The translations under genes were made by a program, and so were the position numbers. From a virus (lineage: Duplodnaviria > Caudoviricetes), in the IMG/VR virus record IMGVR_UViG_3300037311_000443, positions 1-40,160 of that record: 40,160 nucleotides of DNA. One strand, 5' to 3'. Below the pieces are notes generated by a model, which was given only the letters and a program-made list of their open reading frames with translations, was not told where the DNA came from and ran no database searches. Shown here piece by piece: positions 25,668-34,948 of the stretch; position 1 is the first letter of the stretch; every line of letters starts with the position of its first letter.

Positions 25668-26177
25668 ATGCCCTACCTCGACCGAGACGCGTTCGCGGCC
25701 CGCACGGACCTTCCGCCGGAGTACCTCGACGCGATCGAGGACCGCACGCCGGGATGGCTCGACGTGCAGCTCGAGCAATGGTCGCGGTGGATCGATGCGC
25801 GTCTCACCAAGCGCTACGAGGTGCCGTTCGCCTCTCCCGCGCCCGAGATCGTCAAGCTCTGGCTGTCGACGATCGTCACCTTTCGCGCGCTCATGAAGCG
25901 CGGCGTCGACCCCTCGGACCTCGACGTCGAGCTGCTCCGCCAGGACTACGAGCGCGTCGTCGGCACCGTGGACCGACCCGGCGAAATCAAGGAAGCCGCC
26001 GACGCGGAGAAGGGGCTCTTCGAGCTGCCGCTCCGTCAGGACGTCACCACGTCCGGCGTGTCGAAGGGCGGGCCGAGCACGTACGCGGAGGCGACGCCCT
26101 ACGGGTGGCGCGACGAGCAAGCGCGGCTCGGCCGCGTCGAAGACCGCTCGCGGCGCGGGGGGTCGTTTCATGGCTGA
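25668..26177 (+). CDS. Head-tail adaptor (Mu gp36/DUF1320-like)
   Basis: MPYL..., IDARL.KRY.VPF..P.P. Confidence 0.75.
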   Translation: MPYLDRDAFAARTDLPPEYLDAIEDRTPGWLDVQLEQWSRWIDARLTKRYEVPFASPAPEIVKLWLSTIVTFRALMKRGVDPSDLDVELLRQDYERVVGTVDRPGEIKEAADAEKGLFELPLRQDVTTSGVSKGGPSTYAEATPYGWRDEQARLGRVEDRSRRGGSFHG

Positions 26178-26571
26178 CGTGCTCACCAAGCTCGACGCAC
26201 GCGTCGCACAGCTCCGCGAGCTGCAGCGCGTGGCGCGTGACGAGCTCCCGCGCGAGCTCGGCCGCGTCGTCGAGCGGCACGTGCTCGAGGCCGTGCGGGC
26301 GGGTCGCTCGCCCGACGGTGAGCCTTGGCCACGCCGCGAGGACGGCGCTCGAGCACTCGACGAGGCAGCCGACGGGATCCGCGTCGACGTCAGCCGCGCG
26401 ACGGTGACGGTCTCGATCACGAAGCGTCACCTCGAGCTGCACCACCTCGGCCGAGCTCGCGGCGGCATCCGCCGACCGCTCCTGCCGACCACGATCACGC
26501 CGCGCTTGCGTGCGGCCCTCGACGCCGCGTCGCAACGCGTGATCGAGCGCGCACTCGCGGGGGCCTCGTGA
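26170..26571 (+). CDS. Virion morphogenesis protein (Mu gpG-like)
   Basis: SPDGEPW, HHLG and RRPLLP motifs. Confidence 0.7.
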   Translation: MADVLTKLDARVAQLRELQRVARDELPRELGRVVERHVLEAVRAGRSPDGEPWPRREDGARALDEAADGIRVDVSRATVTVSITKRHLELHHLGRARGGIRRPLLPTTITPRLRAALDAASQRVIERALAGAS

Positions 26572-27422
26572 GCCTCTACCCGATCGAGGTCCTCTACGAC
26601 GCGGTCGTCGCGCGCTTCGCGCTCGAGGGGCCGGCGAGCGTCTCGCAGTCGTTCGGGTGGCGCGAGCCGGCGCGCGCGAAGATCTCGGAGTCGCGCATCG
26701 TGTGGATCCCGGGCGACCCGCGCGGGGTGGTCGGCGTGCTCGGTCCCGCAGCAAAGATCGACTCGCCCTACCGCACGCTCGCCACCCTCGCGGAGCTCTT
26801 CACCGTGGAGCTCGGCGCCGTCGACCCGTCGGCGCCGGAGAACGAGCGTGCGCAGTACCACGCGACGCGCGTGCTCTTCGACTTGTGGTTCCGCGCCGCG
26901 CACCACGCGCTTCCGGGCCGCATCCAGATCCAGGCGATGGAGTGGGACACCCGTCGCTCGGAGCGTCGCTACGGCGCGCTGCTGCGTGTCGTGGTTGCCG
27001 TCGACGCGGTGATCCCCGACGCGCCTCCGTCGACGTGGGACGAGCTCCTCTCGCTCACGAGCGAGGTCGACGGCACGCGCGCGGAGGGCACGGTCGAGCT
27101 GCTCGACGTCGAGGAACCGATCGAGACCCGCGACCGGACTCCGCTCGTTCGCATCGCCCCGAACGTGGTCGCCGGTGGGGCCCTCGTGCCCGGTACCACG
27201 CTCCAGTGCAGCCCGGGTGCATGGCACTCGGCCGAGTCCGAAGGCGCGCTCTCCTACGCCTACCAGTGGCTTCGCGACGGAACGCCGATCGCGGGCGCCA
27301 CCTCCGACCTCTACGAGCTCGTCGAGCTCGACGAAGGCTTGACGATCACGTGTGACGTCGTGGCCTCCAACGATGCCGGCGCGTCGCTTCCGGCGCGCTC
27401 CAACGCCCTCGAGGTGCCATGA
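26568..27422 (+). CDS. Tail terminator-like protein fused to a C-terminal Ig-like domain
   Basis: Position before the sheath. YAYQWLRDGTPIAGAT..Y.....D.G..ITC.V.ASN Ig-like motif. Confidence 0.65.
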   Translation: MSLYPIEVLYDAVVARFALEGPASVSQSFGWREPARAKISESRIVWIPGDPRGVVGVLGPAAKIDSPYRTLATLAELFTVELGAVDPSAPENERAQYHATRVLFDLWFRAAHHALPGRIQIQAMEWDTRRSERRYGALLRVVVAVDAVIPDAPPSTWDELLSLTSEVDGTRAEGTVELLDVEEPIETRDRTPLVRIAPNVVAGGALVPGTTLQCSPGAWHSAESEGALSYAYQWLRDGTPIAGATSDLYELVELDEGLTITCDVVASNDAGASLPARSNALEVP

Positions 27423-28873
27423 CCCTTCCCAACGTGAACGTCACCGAGCTCGACGGCGCGCTCGGCGTACTCCCGCCGAGCTCCGGTAAGCTCCTCGCCG
27501 TCGTCGGTCCTGCAACGAGCGGGCCCTTCGACACCCCGTCGACCTTCGCGCGCGCGAAGGCGCTGATCGACGCGTTTGGGGCGGGGCCCGCCGTCGAGGC
27601 CGCGGCCTACGCGATCGACCGCACCGGGAAGCCGGTGATCTTCGTCCGCACGAAGACCACGACCGACGGCATCGCCGAGGACGACGACCTCGACCACTCC
27701 GGCGTCACCGGGACGAGCGTCCCGAGCGTCGACGAGACCACGAACCCGATCGACGACTTCGATCTCGTCATCGAGATCCTCACGGGCGGCACGATCGGGA
27801 CGGACGGGATCATCTACCGCTACTCCCTCGACGGCGGCCGCACGTGGAGTGCTGCGACGGCGCTCGGGACGGCGACCGAGATCGTCGTTCCGGGATCCGG
27901 CGGCGTCACGATCGACTTCGCCGCGGGGACCCTCGTCGCCGGCGACACGATGTCGCTCCCGCTCGTCGCTCCCGCGTGGAGCAACTCCGACCTGACCGAC
28001 GCGCTCACCGCCCTCGGCGAGAGCGCGGTCGCGTGGGAGGTCGTGCACATCGTCGGCCCGATGACGAGCTCCGCGGTCGGCGTCGTCGACGGGCTGATCG
28101 CCACCCTCGCCGCGCGCGGGAAGTATCGGTGGTGGATCGGCAACACCCGCCGCGTCGACGTCGGCGAGACGGAGGCCGCGTTCCTCACCGCGATGTCGAC
28201 GGCGTTCGGGAGCGTCGCGACCGTCGCGGGGGCCATCGGCGCCGGCGACGCGATCATCACCTCGGCGGTGAGCGGCCGCAGCTACCGCCGCCCGATCGCG
28301 TTCACGTTCGCGGCGCGGCAGGCCGCGGTGAGCGAGGAGATCAACGTCGCCGACGTGAACCTCGGTCCGCTCCCGGGCGTGCTCCTCGTGGACGACCTCG
28401 GTCGGCCGATCGCGCACGACGAGGCACTCAACCCGGGCCTCGACGATGCGCGCTTCGTCACCCTGCGCACGTGGGAGGGGTTTCAGGGCGTCTACGTGAC
28501 CCGCCCGCGGCTCCTCGCCCCGAGCGGGAGCGACTTCGAGATCGCACCGTATCGGCGGGTGATCAACCTCGCGAAGGAGGCCCTGCGCCTCTACCTGATC
28601 CGGCGGCTGCACCGCCCGATCCGCGTGTCGCGCACCACGGGCTTCATCCTCGAGCGCGATGCGCGAGACATCGAGATCGGTGGACTCGCGGTGCTCCGCT
28701 CGCTGCTCGGCGCGCAGCCGAAGGCGTCCGACTGGGAGTTCGTCGTCTCCCGAACGGACAACATCCTCTCGACGAAGACCCTCACCGTGACCGGCCGGAT
28801 CATCCCGCTCGGTTACCCCGAGTTCATCGACTTCGAGCTCGGCCTCGCCAACCCCGCAGTGGAGAGCGTGTGA
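27419..28873 (+). CDS. Contractile tail sheath protein (DUF2586-like)
   Basis: LPNVNVTELDGALG start, LDDARFVTLRTW.G.QGVYVT...APSGSDF, RRVINLA. Confidence 0.85.
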   Translation: MTLPNVNVTELDGALGVLPPSSGKLLAVVGPATSGPFDTPSTFARAKALIDAFGAGPAVEAAAYAIDRTGKPVIFVRTKTTTDGIAEDDDLDHSGVTGTSVPSVDETTNPIDDFDLVIEILTGGTIGTDGIIYRYSLDGGRTWSAATALGTATEIVVPGSGGVTIDFAAGTLVAGDTMSLPLVAPAWSNSDLTDALTALGESAVAWEVVHIVGPMTSSAVGVVDGLIATLAARGKYRWWIGNTRRVDVGETEAAFLTAMSTAFGSVATVAGAIGAGDAIITSAVSGRSYRRPIAFTFAARQAAVSEEINVADVNLGPLPGVLLVDDLGRPIAHDEALNPGLDDARFVTLRTWEGFQGVYVTRPRLLAPSGSDFEIAPYRRVINLAKEALRLYLIRRLHRPIRVSRTTGFILERDARDIEIGGLAVLRSLLGAQPKASDWEFVVSRTDNILSTKTLTVTGRIIPLGYPEFIDFELGLANPAVESV

Positions 28874-28874
28874 C

Positions 28875-29342
28875 ATGAGCGACGCGATCAAGGTCAACGG
28901 CGCCATCTACTCGTGGGCGTCGATCGAGCTGAAGCTCAACGGCGAGGTCATCCGCGGCATCACCGCGGTGAACTACTCGCAGACGCGCGAGCGCACGAAG
29001 GCCTTCGGCTCCGGCTCGAGCGCGGGCCCGCGAGGGCGAACCGCCGGCAAGTACGACTGCGAAGGCTCGATCACGATGCACGCGGACTCGTACGAGGAGC
29101 TGATCAGCCATCTCGCCGAGCTGTCGCCCGACGGCACGAGCTACGGCGACGTCGAGTTCCCCGTGGTGATCTCCTACGTCGAGACGAACCTCGAGCCCGT
29201 CACCATCGAGCTCGAGGACTGCGTGATCGTCGGCGACACGTCGGGCGAGAGCGAGGGCACCGACGCGAGCGTGGTCGAGGTCGCTCTCTCGGTGATGCGG
29301 ATCCTTCGCAACGGCAAGACGCTCGCGCAGGGGCAGGTCTGA
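28875..29342 (+). CDS. Tail tube protein
   Basis: NG..YSWASI..GITAVNY...G...P.GRT.G.Y..EGSIT. Confidence 0.85.
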   Translation: MSDAIKVNGAIYSWASIELKLNGEVIRGITAVNYSQTRERTKAFGSGSSAGPRGRTAGKYDCEGSITMHADSYEELISHLAELSPDGTSYGDVEFPVVISYVETNLEPVTIELEDCVIVGDTSGESEGTDASVVEVALSVMRILRNGKTLAQGQV

Positions 29343-29344
29343 CG

Positions 29345-29779
29345 ATGGACAACGAGATCACGGAGGAGCTCGCGCGCCTCGAGGCGGAACACGCAGCCCT
29401 CGAGGAGCGACGGCGCGCGCGGGAGGCGAGCTCGGCCACGAAGGACCGCCTCGCCGAGCTGCAGCGCGAGGTGCAGACCGCGAAGCTGCTCGAGCAGTTC
29501 GAGGCGGAGGGCGAGCGCGGGGTCGACTTCGACCTCGTCGAGACCGTCGCGGGGCCGATCGTCGTGAAGCGACCGCACCCGGCGACGTTCAAGAAGTTCC
29601 GCGACGGGGGGAAGTACTCCTCCGCGGCGATCGAGGACTTCGTGCGGCCGTGCGTCGCGCACCCCTCGAAGGCCGAGCTCGGGCCGATCCTCGAGCGCTT
29701 CCCCGGAGTCGTCGACGAGCTCGCCGACGTCGCCTTCGCGCTCGCGCGCGGCCGCTCGAAGCGAGTCGCGGGGAAATAG
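29345..29779 (+). CDS. Tail assembly chaperone (gpG-like)
   Basis: Between tube and tape measure. Ends GCG GGG AAA TAG. Confidence 0.75.
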   Translation: MDNEITEELARLEAEHAALEERRRAREASSATKDRLAELQREVQTAKLLEQFEAEGERGVDFDLVETVAGPIVVKRPHPATFKKFRDGGKYSSAAIEDFVRPCVAHPSKAELGPILERFPGVVDELADVAFALARGRSKRVAGK

Positions 29780-29970
29780 CAGGGCTGCGAGCTGAGGCGC
29801 GGCGCGATCTCGGCGCGCGCGCGGAATGCCTCCTCGCAGCTCTCGGACGAGAAGAGACCGAGAGCGACGAAACAGAAGCACGAGCACTCGTCGGCGCGTT
29901 GGTGCTCGCCGAGGCGACTCACGATCTCTCTTTGATCCGGCAATGGCTGACGAAACGAAATGGTCACTGA
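29770..29970 (+). CDS. -1 frameshift extension of the tail chaperone (gpGT-like)
   Basis: G GGG AAA at 29770-29776. The -1 frame is open to 29970 (EIAGLRAEARRDL...WLTKRNGH) with no convincing start of its own. Confidence 0.65.
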   Translation, partial: GEIAGLRAEARRDLGARAECLLAALGREETESDETEARALVGALVLAEATHDLSLIRQWLTKRNGH

Positions 29971-31634
29971 CACTCGAAGACCGGACCAGCGGGCCGGCCG
30001 AGCAGATGATCGCGCGTCTCGAGCGGCTCAAGGCTTCGGTCGAGGGCGACCGTCGCGCGTTTGGTGAGCTCAACCGCTCGATGCGCGACTCGCGCGCGGG
30101 AGCCACGAACGCGGCCGCGGCGTTCGACGCGCAGCATCGACGCGTCGCCGAGCTCCGCGGACAGCTCGGAGGCGCGGCGGGCGCGCTCCACAACCTCGGC
30201 GGGGCGACCGCGGGAGCCACGAAGCACACGAAGGCGAGCGCGAAGCCGACTCTCGGCGCGGCCGACGCGCTCGAGCGGATGGGGATCCGCACGGGTTTCG
30301 CCGAGTCTCAGCTCGGGAAGTTCGTCTCGATGGTGCGAGGCGGGGCCGGCGCGAGCGCGCTCTTCACCGCCGGGGCCGCGGGTCTCGTACTCGCCCTCGT
30401 GGCGGTCGCCGCGGCCACGGTCGCCGCGACGGTCGCGGTCGCGAAGTACGCGTTCGCGCAAGCGGGCGCCGCTCGAGAGGAGCGACAGCGGCTCGAAGTG
30501 CTCGCGCTGATCCGCGGCCGTTCGCGGACGGCGATGGCGGACTCCGAAGCGATGCAGGCTGCGATCGACCGAACGGCCGCGTCGACGGGCGCAGCGCGCG
30601 AGGAGCTCGTGGGCTACGCGGAGTCGGCGTATCGCGCGGGGCTTCGAGGAAGCGCGCTCGAGCAAGCGCTGCGCGGGGCCGCGTACCGAGGCGCGGCTCT
30701 CGGTGAGCGCTGGGGGCGCTCGTTCATCTTCATGAGCGCCGAAGCAGGACGCGCGGGACAGGATCTCCGACGTCTCGCCGACGATGCCGAGGAGCGGTAC
30801 TCCGGGCTCGCGCAGCGGCGCCTTCGCAACGGTGGGCAGCTCTGGCGCCGCTTCACCGAGAACATCGCGGGGCTCTTCCGCGGCATCAACCTCGAACCAC
30901 TGCTCAAGAGCCTGTCGAAGTTCGTCTCGCTCTTCTCGACCTCGAACGAGGTGGGACGGACGCTGAAGGGCACCTTCGAGAACTTCTTCAACGGCGTCGT
31001 CGAAGGCCTCGCGAAGCTCGTCGATCGAACGACCGAGTACGTCGAGCTCGGCACCCTCGGAGCGCTCCGACTGCGGAACGCGTGGCTCTTCTTCCAGATC
31101 GGAGTGCTCCGCTCGCTCAACGACATGAGCGACGCGCTCGACAACTTCTTCGGCCGCGTCGCGGACTTCGACGCGGGCCTTCCCGACTGGGTCCGTAGCG
31201 GACTCGACATGGCCGTCGGTCTGCAGACCGGCATCGACGCCGGCGCCGTGCGCGCGCGTGCGGCCGCGGCGCGGATGGCCGACGGCGTCGCAGAGACGTT
31301 CCGCAAGCGCGCGAAGATCGCGTCGCCCTCGAAGCTCTTCGCGGGCTTCGGTGACAACCTCGCCGAGGGTGTCGCCGTCGGCGTCGACCGCACCGCACCG
31401 GAGGCACGCACCGCGATCGGCGAGCTCGTCTCGGCGCCATCGCTTGCCGACGTGCAGCGCGCGGGAGGCGCGCCGGCGGGCTCCTCGAGCGCTCGCCCGA
31501 CCGTCACGATCGGCGACGTCACGATCTCGATCCACGCGGACGGCAAGACCGCCGAGGACGTCTTCGACGAGCTGCGGTCGCGCATCGCGGAGCTCTTCGA
31601 GACGGCGGCTCTGCAGATGGGAGCGCCCGCATGA
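29943..31634 (+). CDS. Tape measure protein
   Basis: Ala/Gly-rich helical 563 aa with hydrophobic segments and the IASPSKLF..G...AEG motif. Confidence 0.85.
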   Translation: MADETKWSLTLEDRTSGPAEQMIARLERLKASVEGDRRAFGELNRSMRDSRAGATNAAAAFDAQHRRVAELRGQLGGAAGALHNLGGATAGATKHTKASAKPTLGAADALERMGIRTGFAESQLGKFVSMVRGGAGASALFTAGAAGLVLALVAVAAATVAATVAVAKYAFAQAGAAREERQRLEVLALIRGRSRTAMADSEAMQAAIDRTAASTGAAREELVGYAESAYRAGLRGSALEQALRGAAYRGAALGERWGRSFIFMSAEAGRAGQDLRRLADDAEERYSGLAQRRLRNGGQLWRRFTENIAGLFRGINLEPLLKSLSKFVSLFSTSNEVGRTLKGTFENFFNGVVEGLAKLVDRTTEYVELGTLGALRLRNAWLFFQIGVLRSLNDMSDALDNFFGRVADFDAGLPDWVRSGLDMAVGLQTGIDAGAVRARAAAARMADGVAETFRKRAKIASPSKLFAGFGDNLAEGVAVGVDRTAPEARTAIGELVSAPSLADVQRAGGAPAGSSSARPTVTIGDVTISIHADGKTAEDVFDELRSRIAELFETAALQMGAPA

Positions 31635-32176
31635 CGTGGACGCCTCTCGCTTCGCCGATCGACCACGTGCTCCTCGCCGGCGAGCGCTCGCCCGGCCTCG
31701 CCGACGTGCAGGGCGCGGGGAGCCCTCGGCGGTGGGACATCCGTCGCGGCTACGCGCTCTCGGGGGCTCGTCCGGTCTTTCGTGGGATGGATGTCGCGCG
31801 CTTCCGCGTCGTCCTGCGTCTCCTGACGGAGGCCGATTGGGAGGCGTGGCACGCGTGGAAGCGCCTCGTGCAGCAGCCGCCGAGCGGCACTCGCCCGCGC
31901 GCCCTCGATATCTGGCACCCGGTCCTCGAGGAGTGCGGGATCTCGTCGGCGGTCGTCGAGAACGTCGAGCAGCCAGTGCACGACGGGACCGGCGGGTGGT
32001 CCATCGCGATCGCGTTCATCGAGTACCGCCCTCCGATGCCGCTCGTGATCCGCACTGAGGGCTCCGACGCCACGGGGTCGGAGTCGGAGCGGCAGCGCGC
32101 GATCCGGCTCGAGCGCGAGTTCGGCGAGGCGCTCGAGCGCGAGCGCGATCGCCAGGCTGAGAGGTGGTCGGGATGA
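31631..32176 (+). CDS. Tail tube initiator / baseplate protein
   Basis: SPG.A.V.G....RWD...GY..SGA and IEYRPP motifs. Located after the TMP. Confidence 0.65.
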   Translation: MTWTPLASPIDHVLLAGERSPGLADVQGAGSPRRWDIRRGYALSGARPVFRGMDVARFRVVLRLLTEADWEAWHAWKRLVQQPPSGTRPRALDIWHPVLEECGISSAVVENVEQPVHDGTGGWSIAIAFIEYRPPMPLVIRTEGSDATGSESERQRAIRLEREFGEALERERDRQAERWSG

Positions 32177-33309
32177 TCGTCTCGATCGAAGGCGCGCAGG
32201 TCGCTCGCTGCTCGCTTGTCGTGCCCGCGCGCGGCGCGTGGTCGTGCGAAGCCGTGCTCGTCGACGCCCCCGAGCTCGCGGGGCGCGTCAAGGTGCGCGT
32301 GGGCTCCACGGAGCTCGTGGGGACCGTGGTCGAGACCGGTACGCGAGGCCTGCAGCGCACGGTTCGAGTGCTCGGCGGCGCCGGCGCGTGGGGCCGATCG
32401 ATCGGACCGAAGGCCTACCACAACGACGCCGGCGTGAAGGCTCGGCTCCTCGCCGAGGACGCAGCGCGCGCGGTCGGCGAGACGCTCGAATGGTCCCTCG
32501 GCGACGGGCGCGTCGGGACGCACTTCGCGCGCCGCGAGGGCGCCGCATCGAGGACGCTCGAGCGTGCGAGCTCGGGCGCGTGGTGGGTCGGATACGACGG
32601 CGTCACCCGGGTTGGCGAGCGTGAGAGCGTCGACGTCGCCGAGGGCGCGCTCGACGTGGTGGACTACGACGCTGCGCGGCGCGTGCTCGTCGTCCACTGC
32701 GACGACCTCTCCGCGATCCCGGTGGGCGCGACGGTGCGCGAGGGAGTGGACGAACCGCTCACGATCCGCGAGCTCGAGCTCGAGATCGGGGAGGACTCGG
32801 CGCTGTTCCGGCTCTACGTCGGACCGGCGCTCCGACGGTCCGCGCTCGTCGACCCGATCGCGCGGATCGTCGAGGCGCTTCTCGCGGAGCGGCTCCTCGG
32901 TCACTACCGCTACCGGGTCGTCCGCATGGCGACGGACCGCGTCGAGCTGCAGCTCGTCGAGCGTCGTCGAGGCCTCCCGGACATTCTCCCGATCTCGCAG
33001 TGGCCGGGCGTCGCCGGCGTGCATGCGGACCTCGCCGACGGTGCGCACGTGCTCGTCGCCTTCGTCGACGGGGACCCCGCGCAGCCCGCCGTGGTCGCCT
33101 ACGCCGGCCGAGACGGCGTCGGATGGGAGCCGACCGCCCTGAACGTCTGCGGCGGCACGCGAGGCGCTGCGCGCGTCGACGACGAGGTCGAGGTGACGAT
33201 CCCGACGGGGACCGTCGTGGTCGCAGCGACCGGCGCGACGTTGAACTCGAACCCGATCACGGTCACGGGCAAGATCAACGCGGGCTCGTCGAAGGTGGTG
33301 ATCGGGTGA
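32173..33309 (+). CDS. Fused baseplate hub + central spike (VgrG-like) with PAAR-like tip segment
   Basis: Hub-like N-part, OB-fold PGV....GA.VLVAFVDGDP.QP.V, C-terminal AARVDD...G.I..GS.KV.IG. Confidence 0.7.
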   Translation: MIVSIEGAQVARCSLVVPARGAWSCEAVLVDAPELAGRVKVRVGSTELVGTVVETGTRGLQRTVRVLGGAGAWGRSIGPKAYHNDAGVKARLLAEDAARAVGETLEWSLGDGRVGTHFARREGAASRTLERASSGAWWVGYDGVTRVGERESVDVAEGALDVVDYDAARRVLVVHCDDLSAIPVGATVREGVDEPLTIRELELEIGEDSALFRLYVGPALRRSALVDPIARIVEALLAERLLGHYRYRVVRMATDRVELQLVERRRGLPDILPISQWPGVAGVHADLADGAHVLVAFVDGDPAQPAVVAYAGRDGVGWEPTALNVCGGTRGAARVDDEVEVTIPTGTVVVAATGATLNSNPITVTGKINAGSSKVVIG

Positions 33310-33770
33310 CGGTCGTCCGCGAATCCATCGCGGCCGCGTTGGCCGAGCTCGAGCCCGAGCAGGACGCGCCGACGGTGCCGTTCGGCTACGGCGCCGACCT
33401 GTCGTGTGTCGCGGACCTCGCCGAGGACATGGGCGAGGTTGACGGTCGCCGCGCCCTCGCGGAGGCGTTGATCCGCGCGATCACCACGCCGCGTGGCTCG
33501 CTCGCGGACGCGCTTGAGCGCGGGATCGATCTCCGCTCGTACCTGAACCGCGGCACCACGCGCGCGGAGCTGCTCTCGATCGAAGGCCTCGTGCGCGCCG
33601 AGTGGCGGAAGGATGACCGCGTCGCGTCGGTCGACGTCGCCGTGACGTTCTCCGCGAACACCAAAACGCTGCACGGGCGCGGCCGCGTCACCCCCGTCGC
33701 CGGCGACGTGTTCGAGCTCGTCTTCGCGCTCACCGACGCCGGCGCCGCCATCGAGGAGATCTACGGATGA
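33306..33770 (+). CDS. Baseplate wedge / sheath initiator (gp25/Mu gp46-like)
   Basis: TPRGSL...GIDL..YLN and DDRV.SV.V motifs. Confidence 0.75.
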   Translation: MTVVRESIAAALAELEPEQDAPTVPFGYGADLSCVADLAEDMGEVDGRRALAEALIRAITTPRGSLADALERGIDLRSYLNRGTTRAELLSIEGLVRAEWRKDDRVASVDVAVTFSANTKTLHGRGRVTPVAGDVFELVFALTDAGAAIEEIYG

Positions 33771-34948
33771 CGACCGTCGCCGAGCTGACCCGCCCGCTCT
33801 CGATCGCCGAGTGCCGCGATGCGATCTACGCGACGCTCGCCGCGCGCGGAACGGACGTCACGACGTGGAAGCCGGGCGCCGTTGCCCGCACGATCATCTA
33901 CGCGTTCGCGATCGTGTGCGCGGCGCTCTCGCAGCTGCAGGCGCTCCTCGCTGGCTCGAGCTTCCTCGACACGGCGTCGGGCGCGTGGCTCACGCTCGTT
34001 GCGCGCCTCGTGTACGGCGTGGAGCGTCTCCCCGGCGCCGCGGCCGCGGGCGACGTCGTCTTCGACAACACGGGCGCGGGCGTCTACTCGGGCGATCCGG
34101 GCGACCTGATCCTCGTGAGCGACGACGGCTTTGAGTACCGCAACACGTCGCCGTTCTCGATCGCTGCGTTCGCGACTGGCGTCGTGATCCCGATGCGCGC
34201 CGTCGAGCTCGGCTCGGCGCCGACGGCCGGCGCGGGCGAGCTCACCGCCTTCGTGACGCCTCTCTCGGGTGTGACCGCGTCGAACGCGGCCGCGCTCGTC
34301 GGCGCCGACCCGGAGACGGATCCGCAGCTCCGGGCGCGCTGCAGGGACAAGCTCGGGACGCTCTCGCCGAACGGACCCAAGGACGCCTACTTCTTCGCGG
34401 CGAAGAGCGCGCGTCGAGCGGTGGACGGGAGCGACGTCGGCGTGACCCGCGTGCATGCGGTCCCCGACGGGGCCGGCTCGATCGACGTCTACGTCGCGAC
34501 GGCAACGGGAGGCGTCACGGGCGACGCGACCGACCCGGACACCGACCTCGGCGCCGTCGCACTCGCGATCCACCGACTCGCTGAGCCGCTCGCGATCGAT
34601 GCGGTCGTGCAGAGCGCGTCGACGCTCACCGTCGCGGTCACCTACGAGGCTTGGGTGCGCGAGAGCTCGTTTAGCGACGAGCAGCTCGAGGACGGCGTCG
34701 AGGACGCGCTCGCGGCGTGGATGGCGACGATCCCGATCGGAGGACAGCTCCTCCCGAGCACTCCGGGGAGCGTGTTCGTGTCGGCAGTGCAGGGCGCGAT
34801 CACGAGCGCACTCGAGCGCCTCACGGGCGAGCCACCGATCCGCGTCGAGGTGTCGGCGCCGGCGACGGACGTCGTCGTCGCGAGCAACCAGGCGCCCGCG
34901 CTCGGGGTGGTGACCGCGACGCTTCACCAGATCTCGGAGAACGCCTGA
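33767..34948 (+). CDS. Baseplate J / Mu gp47-like wedge protein
   Basis: FLDTASG.WL, A...G...T, G.DPETD..LR.R...G..DAY and G.IDVYV motifs. Confidence 0.88.
   Translation: MTTVAELTRPLSIAECRDAIYATLAARGTDVTTWKPGAVARTIIYAFAIVCAALSQLQALLAGSSFLDTASGAWLTLVARLVYGVERLPGAAAAGDVVFDNTGAGVYSGDPGDLILVSDDGFEYRNTSPFSIAAFATGVVIPMRAVELGSAPTAGAGELTAFVTPLSGVTASNAAALVGADPETDPQLRARCRDKLGTLSPNGPKDAYFFAAKSARRAVDGSDVGVTRVHAVPDGAGSIDVYVATATGGVTGDATDPDTDLGAVALAIHRLAEPLAIDAVVQSASTLTVAVTYEAWVRESSFSDEQLEDGVEDALAAWMATIPIGGQLLPSTPGSVFVSAVQGAITSALERLTGEPPIRVEVSAPATDVVVASNQAPALGVVTATLHQISENA

Noticed and set aside
27419-34948. Stand-alone tailocin / eCIS / T6SS
   Set aside because: Terminase, portal, protease and capsid genes are present, so it is a phage tail.
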